Origin: Eledone cirrhosa
Lineage: Eukaryota
Direction: 5' to 3'
DNA: 64,000 nt
NCBI GenBank assembly: GCA_964016885.1
Contig: OZ024743.1
Coordinates: forward strand, 123,938,001-124,002,000
Numbering within the stretch: position 1 is the first letter of the stretch; each line of letters starts with the position of its first letter. The translations under genes and the position numbers were made by a program. Shown one piece after another: positions 54,941 through 64,000 of this stretch. A model generated the notes under the pieces. The model saw only the letters and a program-made list of their open reading frames with translations, did no database searches and was not told where the DNA came from.

Positions 54941-55611
54941 TACGAAAAGCTTCTAAAGTTTCCGCCTACCAAATTTCATTCACGAGACACTAGTCAACCC
55001 AAGGCTATATATAATAGTAGACTAAGGTGATTGAACCCGAAATCACATGGTTGCGAAGCAAACTACTTCATCACTCAGCCATGCCTGTATCTATATGCAT
55101 TATTATTTGGAATAAAAGATTGGTGGATTGGCAGGGTCGGTAGAGGGTCTGACGCGATGCTTTGCAGCAAAAGGTTACAGCCCTTTTTGGTCTGAGTTCA
55201 AATCCCGCCGAGGTTAACTTTGCCTTTCATCCTTACGGGAGCGATAAAATAAAGTACCAGTAATACACTGGGATAATTGATGGTCTTGTGCCAAAAGTAG
55301 AAAAAATTATTATTTGGAATAAACCATTTGACTCAATCTTAAAAATAGAATGTCTGACATTCTAAAATATAAGGAAAAAGTGGATGGGACCAAAACGAAT
55401 GGGAATCACTGCAATAGATTATATTCGACCCAAAACATAAGAGCTGCTTGTTGTAGAACATACGAATGTCTACTGAAACACTTTTAATAAGAACTGACAG
55501 CATCATAATTCTCTGCAGCTGGCTTTCTTGTTAGTTTGAATAAATGGCAATAAGGAGTTTACAGAAGAAGAGGAGGAAGGGAATAGAACGACGACTATGT
55601 GTGTATATGTT

Positions 55612-55703
<92 letters not shown>

Positions 55704-55704
55704 C

Positions 55705-55795
<91 letters not shown>

Positions 55796-57699
55796 TGTAT
55801 ATATACATATATATATATAACAAAGAAGGTGTGGTAAGATACCAGGTGAACCATAACGCACCAGAGTACTCGATACTTAAGGTAGTAGAGTTGGTAATAG
55901 GAAAAGAGTCAGGACCCCGAGAGAGAGAGGGGGGAGAAGAAGAAGAAGAAGAAGAAGAAGAAGAAGAAGATGTTCTGCATTTACATTACAACTATTTGAT
56001 TCACCATAACGTACATAGAACCTCGGGCAATGTGGTGGAAGGTCAACTAGTCAATCTTCATATATTGATTCTTAATAAAGTATATGTGTGGATGGATGGA
56101 TGGAGATGTAATGTCAAAGAGGCTGATTAGTACCTGTTACTATATCACCCTTGCCATCATAAACACATCCACAAACCTACCTTCGCTATATAACCAGCAT
56201 TAACCCTGCCAATGTCAGCACCATTTTCATTTGCTATCATCTCTTGATGCAATGAGAAAGCTTTACGCGATTTCTCAGCCTCCTAAAAGTATCATCAATA
56301 TTTCCTTGAATAATGCCATACCTCTTTAAACATAAAAGCATACATTCGCTAAGGTATTCCTCCATACACCTGAATAAAAACGTGTTGGTCATGACTAGAA
56401 TGCCTTTCATCGTGTGTGTTTTTATCAGGATTGACCTACCTGAGTCTAAACAACGCCAACTATCATATGTGTCGATGCAACGTAATTGTTTGACCTGCTA
56501 GAAATAGCATCAACATTTATCTGAAATTACACTCTACTATCTTTTTTTTAAATAATAGTTTTTTTATCTAGACACAAAACCAACAATTTGAAAGGACTGT
56601 GGATTAGTGGATTACATCAATCCCAGTGTTTTACTCGTACTTTATTTTATCAACCCTGAAAAGAAGAAAGACTAAGTTGACCATGGCAGGATTTGAACTC
56701 AGAACGAAAAGAGCCGGAACAAAACATTTGTGCGGCATTCTAACGTTTCTGTAAATCCTCCAACGTTTCTGACGATCCATAACCTTTTTAAAAATTAACA
56801 AAAAATGTGCCAATGAGTGAATATCAGCGTGTTTGTTTGAACTGCTTGAACAAACAACAATAATCCCATTATGTGATATAGTACATGGTGCAGAAAGGCT
56901 GAAAATGGTATGGTGTAATCACGGTTAGAATGTCTTTGATTTTAGATCTTCTTGGTAAGAGTTAGACACAATCAGTAGTAACGGAGGACATATTGGGCAT
57001 AGCAACCTTAGTAGTGCAAAAGGAAGGAATGATCACAGCTGAAACATCCGTGATGACAATAAGATCAGGATTGACCTTGAACCAAGCGACAACTTTCATC
57101 TCTATAACCATCATCACACTGGACTACTAATGATGGAACTACTATATTAGCTGTTAGACATGTTAGAAATAGTAACCAAGTATTCCTCAAATCACAATTC
57201 TACTGTCTTAAAAAGTAAAGATATATTGGAATAATATATTTAGATAAATTTTACCTGTCTTTCCTGAAAAAGATTGCAGTGTGACAGCTGAAATGCATTT
57301 GATAATGGCTGACCACTGTGCTAAACGACAACAATAATAATAACGTTGTCACTTGACTTGATAGTTAAAAGTATTGTCTTATATATTAGAGGGTAGCCTT
57401 CCGTCACACCTGTAGTAAGCTCCAGTACAGACTCCAGGAAATTCAAAACAAGTTGTGGGCCAGTCTTACAGGGAAAATCCAGACATATGCAGACACTGGG
57501 AACTATGGATTTTCTATCAAGCCCTGAAAGCAGCCTACGGGCCATCGTACCTGCCGCTGTGCGCTCTGTAGAGCTCAGATGGAAGGATTTTGTTAAGTGA
57601 CATGGGCTCCATACTGGTCCCCGGGTTTGAACATTTTCAAAGTCTCTTTAGCACCAACTGCATATTCCATGGTACAGCAATTGACTCCATTCCACAGCT

Positions 57700-58022
57700 C
57701 CCTGTGAAAAACGAGCGTGACAAATCCTCACACTCCGGGAAACCTTACAGGTCATTAAACTGCTGAAGACGGCAAAGCCCCAGATGTTGACGGAATTCCG
57801 TCCGAAGTTTGGGTCAATGGCGGTCCCTCTCTCCACTCCAGACTCTATTAATTCTTCATCAGTTACTGGGAGTATGGCACATTTCCTCCAGACATCCTTA
57901 ATACAATCATCATTACTCTTTATAAGAATAAGGTGGTAAAATGTAGATTGTTTCAATTACAGAGGCATCACCCAGCTCTCCATCACAGGAAATATCCTGG
58001 CCCAAATACTGCTCAATAGACA
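57700..58022 (+). mobile_element. RTE/BovB-like LINE RT fragment
   Basis: KAPDVDGIPSEVW..ITLYKNK..DCFNYRGITQLSITGNILAQILLNR. Confidence 0.85.
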
Positions 58023-58351
58023 AATACTTTATAAAATTAGAACACTAATAATATTATTTGACTGAACTCCTAATAATGGTTTCTAAATTAGACACGAGGT
58101 CAACAATTTTAGGCGAAGGGAAGTCGGTTAAATCGACCTCAGTACTAAACTGGTACTTATTTTATCGACTTCAGAAGGATGAAAAGCAAAGTTGACCTCG
58201 ATGAAATTTGAACACAAAACATAAATATACTACTAAACAGTTCGTCCGGTGCCCTGGCAATCTTTCTAATCCACCATCCTGACAACATTCCTCACAATAC
58301 TTGGTTTATGATTAGTAAAACGAAAACAAAATTTTGATGTATTTTATATAA

Positions 58352-58612
58352 TCTATAATAATAATTGGGAATTTCTATGCATGTGTTTGTATGATTTTTT
58401 GGCTTATAGACTAAGCCCCTGGAGGTTTATCTCCATAAATGGTATATATCTAGAATCAGAGTAACCACAGAAGTGTTTCTACACTACTTTGATCCCCGGA
58501 CCTGCGGCCTTTTGGCACATATTTAGAATCAGATTAACCCCGAGACCACTCTATAAAAGCCCTTCAAATTTGCTATACTAAAAGTTTGTCCGGAGGGCAG
58601 GTTTTTTGCTAG
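58352..58612 (+). mobile_element. Short non-autonomous Helitron
   Basis: A|TCTATAATAATAA start; TGTCC-gga-GGGCA hairpin followed by CTAG|T. Confidence 0.6.
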
Positions 58613-59855
58613 TCGAAAATAAATTAATCTTTAAAAAAAATAAATAACTACTCATAACAAATCTTCAGAAATTAAGAAAAAAGTAATTTATCATCTAATT
58701 TAAAATCATCTGCAGATTGTAAATTTCCTCTTTATCTCTTCAAAATTATTTTCTCAGATCACTCACCAAGTCTTGTAAGATCCAATTATCAGGTTTATCA
58801 TTAGAAAAAAAGCAACTTCGTTATGAAGTTCTTATAAACTATTGTTTTGTCACTTGTTCCTGATAAATCTCGTTGGTAACGTGGTGCATTGTCGACAGAA
58901 TAAGAAGTTTATACACAATAACCGACGTCCGTTTAGATAATACAAGGTTCAAGAAATATTATTTTTTTTTTAATCTTTAAAGAAATGTATATTGGTAAGG
59001 TCTGGAGAAAGAGTCTATGTCCAAGACGGGTAAGATTAACCCCATTAATAATCCTCTAGACTATCTATACTTGTATTTCCCGTAATGTGATTTATCCGCT
59101 GCATTTTAGACAAGGGATCACGGACTTTTCCTCTACATTTGGTTTTGTATTTTGTTGTTTCTTGTTGATTTTTAGGACTTGTGTCGTCAGAGCCTCAGAT
59201 GTAATTTAAACTGTGGGTCCATCATATATAGAACCATTATGACCACAAATGGTCATGATGAAATAAGCCAGACTAAAGCTATCATTTATAACATACCGAT
59301 TACCACTGAGAATCCACACAGAATTCTGAGCTTTCTTTAATATCTATGTTTATCAGCTTGAACCTTACTTAGCTTTATTTTCAATACATATGGTTATGTG
59401 AATGATTATCACATTCGAACATCATCTAATATCTACTTCCAATATAAAACATTGAAAATGGTTTCTCTGGCAATCATAAACTAAAATTAACAAATTTTAG
59501 ACACCATGACTTCAGACATATTCCATACTGTTTTCGTTGGCAGTATCAGTATAGGGTCGGACGCCATGCTTTCCAGCATAGAGTTACGTCCCTTTACGAT
59601 CTGAGTTCAAATCCTGCCGAGGTTAACTTTACCTTTCCTCCTTACGGGGTCGATAAAATAAAGTACCAGTAATGTACCGGGATAATTGCTGACTTTGTGC
59701 CAAAAGTAGAAACAATTATTTCTTTTTTTCTTTTTTTCTCATTTTCTCAACTTTATAAATTTGATTTTCGGGATAAATGTGTTGTTGATTAGCCTAAGAT
59801 CAGTCATAATCGAATAGATCTATAAAAATAGCTCCCCATCAACCGCATGTTTTAA

Positions 59856-60076
59856 CCCTTTAGCATTTAAATCAGCCGTATCTGGCCAGAATTCTCACAC
59901 CTCTTTCTGTTCAAACCTGTCGTAACTGGCCGCTCATACTGATGTTAAGGTATTGTTCTCAAAATAAACAACATCAAAATCTCATAGATTTGATATTATG
60001 TGAGATAATTATGTAAGATAAAGCCTTTACCACAACAATACAATAGTATATATAGAGTAATGTAAATGCTAATGGG
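59856..60076. mobile_element. piggyBac-type MITE
   Basis: TTAA|CCCTTTAGCATTTA ... TAAATGCTAATGGG|TTAA. Confidence 0.85.
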
Positions 60077-60598
60077 TTAAGGCATCTTATATCTTGGGTT
60101 ACATTATTCAATGTATTTTTAAGTCAGTTTAATCTGATTTTAGGGAAATATAACTGCTATTTTTGACAGATCAAGTGATCGGGTAGAGGTTCGCTTATTG
60201 ACTCGACGGTATACATATTTTATGTAGATGTGAGCGTCGTACATTCGAGTTAATGACAACGATAAACAACAGGAGTCTATAAGTAATTAGACTGAAATAG
60301 TTAAATATTAATATCATTTGAGAGCATTTGCTTTTACTTAGTTGAAGCAGTCAAACGAAACTAAGCAGCCAACTGTATAAAACTACAGTGTCATTTATAC
60401 TGAAAAGTAATTACACCTCAACTCGGCGTGATGTTTTAATCACTAGACCGTGATAGGTGTTAGATAGGTTTTATGTAAGGATTTAAGTATGGACCCGTAA
60501 TTCCTGGTAGAGTCGTGGGGGCGTTTTTATGACATTCAGCATGTCTCGAGCATTTTAAATCTGGCAAAGCTCAGTCTCTCTCTTCAGGTTTGAACACA

Positions 60599-60734
60599 GA
60601 GAAGAAGAAGAAGAAGAAGAAGAAGAAGAAGAAGAAGAAGAAGAAGAAGAAGAAGAAGAAGAAGAAGAAGAAGAAGAAGAAGAAGAAGAAGAAGAAGAAG
60701 AAGAAGAAGAAGAAGAAGAAGAAGAAGAAGAAGA
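60599..60734. repeat. (GAA)n microsatellite
   Basis: Directly visible pure tract. Confidence 0.98.
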
Positions 60735-61969
60735 ACCACCCAGGTACAACCTGTTCTTGCAATGTCAGTAAGGTGAGTTAACGAGATGTCTTCTACAGCA
60801 TGCCCCTCTATGGACACTAGAGTTGTTGCTATTGTTGTTCCAGTTTAGCCCCAGGTCAGCCCTTATCCAGCAGACCTAAATCAAGTAAAACAAAAGGGAC
60901 CTAGCAATGACTAGCTTGTCCTTTTTGTATACCAGAAATGATATTATCCAATGAGTCACTCCTGTTTTAAGACAGTAAATTGTAATTTGGGGCAGATTTG
61001 GCCGCTATTTCTAACAGGTCGAGTGACAGGCTCCATCTAAAGTCTTATATTATGTTTCTATTCACATCTAAGATGCTTTATAGGAATATTAAATCGATTC
61101 CAGTACTGATATGGGATAGTGGAAGTGAGATTCCTCTCAGAAGCTCACATGTACATGAACTCCACTGTCTCATGCAAAAGTAAGAAATTTAACCAGAACA
61201 TATCTAATGGGTCGACAACCAGTACTTAGCAGCATTTCTCAGAGTAGCTGATTTCGATTCTGTCTTCAGAGACTGAATCAATCGAATGTGTTCAGTGGGG
61301 AGATCAAATGGTTACCAATCAGAACTATTTTGAATGCTTGGCCTGTTGAGTATGTCCTCTTTCATCGCTATTGTACGTTTGAGTTCTTGGACCATTACTG
61401 CGAAAGCTAAAAGTACTGAGAGGCTTTTTAGCAGAACTAGGTTGTGCGAAGCCGTGTCAGCATTTGTGAATGATGTTATCGGGATTGGGTCTGATGCGAC
61501 GGAAATCAATGTGGCTGGTACCGTACAAGATGGCAATAGAAGCACTCATTAACTAGAAAAAGTCAGTGAGCTTACAGCTCGGCACTTGAAGTGGTAAATT
61601 CATGTAAATCGTCTTGTGTCACTAGACCAACGCTTCTGTGAAGCTGCTTGAGGTCTGGTAGGGGTGTCTAGGGTATTTAAACCTGGCGGAACCCATCTTT
61701 TCTCCAGATTTGAACACAGAGAAAAGAGAGTAAAAGAAAGAGATGAAATGAGAAAGAATTATTAAGGAATATTCATCCCAATACTGAACTGGTACTTTCT
61801 ATTGACCCCAAACGGATGGAAGGTAAAATTGAATCTGGGTTGAGTAGAGACTGAGACGAGATTACGAACAGTGAGACCATCATCTAGAAATGAGATTAGA
61901 AGAAATTATCTACAAAAGGTTGAACCTTGCTTATTTATTATTACCTGGCCGTGTAACTTTGTTTCAGTT

Positions 61970-63115
61970 TTCTTCTGGTCAAGTTGGAGTGTCTGCTCTT
62001 TCGCTTCATGTGAAAAAGACGCCTTTTATAGAGCAGAAAGTCTATCAATTACATACGCCGCTTTCACAGGAGTTGGTCAAGCCGATCTTAAAATTAAACT
62101 GGCAGACATCGCTGATAGATACCTATGGGTTTCTAAATTCAAAAGGCTGATAGCTGATCTTGAAGGTGTCACCCGTCAAAAGGCCATTCTCACTAAAGGG
62201 CACAAAGAGAACAAGATTGAAAACATCTCTCAAGCCGAAAGAATTGTGTTTGAAACATGGAATGCCATTCCAGAAACTTATATGAACACGAATATGCTTT
62301 TAGAGTCCTGTTGATCTTTGGATCAACGTAATTATGGGAGCAGGTTTTCTCAAACATGAACATAATTAAATCCAAACATCACTCCCGCCTCACAGACGAC
62401 AACCTGTAGTCGCGTGAGAAGATAAACATAACATCTTACAGCTCTGACATAGAGAAGATCTGCAGTGATGTTCAAAAGCGGAAGTCACATTAACAGATGA
62501 GAACAGTATAATTTGATAAGCTATTATTTTAGAAAAAATTACCTACATATATATATACTACATATACGCATATTACATTATTATAGCTATTTAGTATTAT
62601 GCGGTTGTGTTTTATATTTAGGTGCATCGGTTGAGTGAAATTTTTGGTTAAGGAAAACAACAGAAGATGAAAGCATTTTTTATCTAATTTATTTCTAAAT
62701 ATGCGAGTGAACTTTTTCACCTCTTCAAAAGAGTAAAATGTTTTCCTTCTTTTACAATAAATATAGCTTGTGTGTACAACTATATATAAAACTTTCTAAT
62801 ATTTGTATGAAATATGCAGAGTCCGCTAATAAACTGAATACACACTTCTAAAAAAGAAAATCTATATAAATATTTTAAATGTATTCAATGTTGCGGTACG
62901 CCGTTTTGTTGAGAGAAAAATTCATTTCCATAAAGTTCATGAAAGTGGAATTTATATTTATAAAGGTATTTAGACAAGATAAATATCTATACAAGTTTTT
63001 CTGATCCTAAAAAGGGTATAAATTTATTCGGCTGATTTTGCGGCTCTTTAAGACCTCAATTTGGTGAAAGAGGGACTAATGCGACTCCCTTAACTATAAA
63101 GGTTGCCGACCCCTG
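61970..63115 (+). mobile_element. 3' part of a hAT transposon (GTF2IRD2/EPM2AIP1-like transposase C-terminus) with right TIR
   Basis: WNAIPE..IFGST..EQVFSNMNIIKSKHHSRLTDDNL..KRKSH stop (~62493); TIR AAAGGTTGCCGACCCCTG ending at 63115. Confidence 0.88.
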
Positions 63116-64000
63116 GTCTATTTTATAACGCCATTGTGGTATCACAGGTTTATGATGTTTGCTGTATTCTATGTTCGATCCCTTGTGGCTAATAAAGAAA
63201 TCATCATCATCATCATTATTATTATTATCGTCATTGTAATTATTGTTATTATTATTCTCAACATCGCAAGGGCGGTGGATTGGCCGTATCGGTAGAGCAT
63301 CAGACAATATGCTTCGAAGCATAGAGTTACCGCCCTATACGATCTGAGTTCAAATTCCGCCGAGGTTAGCTTTGCTTTTCATCATTACGGGGTCGATAAA
63401 ATAAAGCACCAGTAATGCAATGGGGTCGATTTAATCGATTTTCCCCTCACCCCTCAAAATTGCTGGTCTTGTACCTAAATCAGAAACCATTAATATTATA
63501 TTCGTCGTCATTATCGCCATCATCATCATATTCTGCGTTAGTAAAGAAAGAACAGTTATATAGATATATATACTTAATTTGCCAGTAGGTTGTGTAATGT
63601 TTCCTTTCACTTACCGATCAGAACAGGCAATTGACAGGGAAAGAATTATTCGCCATTTATTATGGCTTTGAAAGGATAACGGGCAAAGTTAACCTCGGTA
63701 GGATCTGAACTCAGAATATAAGGGGCCAGGGAAAATACTGTAATTGCATTTTATCCTACCCTCTACTAATTCTACCAATCTACCTCCTTTCCATGGCGTT
63801 AAAATACTGATTCCTGATTTAGATGCAAGGTAAAGTTGATAAAATCAACCCCAGTACTTAACTGGTACTTTATTTTATCGACCCCGGAAGGATAAAAGGT
63901 AAAGTTGATCTCGTTGAGATTTGAACTTAGAATATGAAGAGCCAGAACTAATACCGCACTTGTATTTTATCGGTCGCTCTACCAATTTTGTCAATCCACC

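Overview
AT-rich eukaryotic DNA dense in microsatellites ((TA)n, (CA)n, (CATA)n) and transposon debris; the SINE, LINE and microsatellite repertoire suggests a cephalopod (Octopus-like) intergenic or intronic region (inference). I found no convincing host gene, and most ORF-track entries are translated microsatellites. Recognisable elements: three or four Naiad-type Penelope-like elements (PLEs; RT plus GIY-YIG), a Tx1/L1-clade LINE, a near-full-length R4/Dong-like RLE retrotransposon sitting in (CATA)n, RTE fragments, hAT, piggyBac and Helitron elements, and about 20 tRNA-derived SINE copies. The most striking hidden layer is RNA-based. About 20 type I hammerhead ribozyme (HHR) motifs can be read by eye. 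Some lie in PLE terminal repeats that form fold-back palindromes in (TA)n. Others lie in a non-coding superfamily of tandem, circularly permuted 320-640 bp units that look like non-LTR retrozymes, keep an ATGCAAAT octamer upstream of the ribozyme, and sometimes carry a SINE at one fixed site. All calls come from manual reading, with no database search or folding software.
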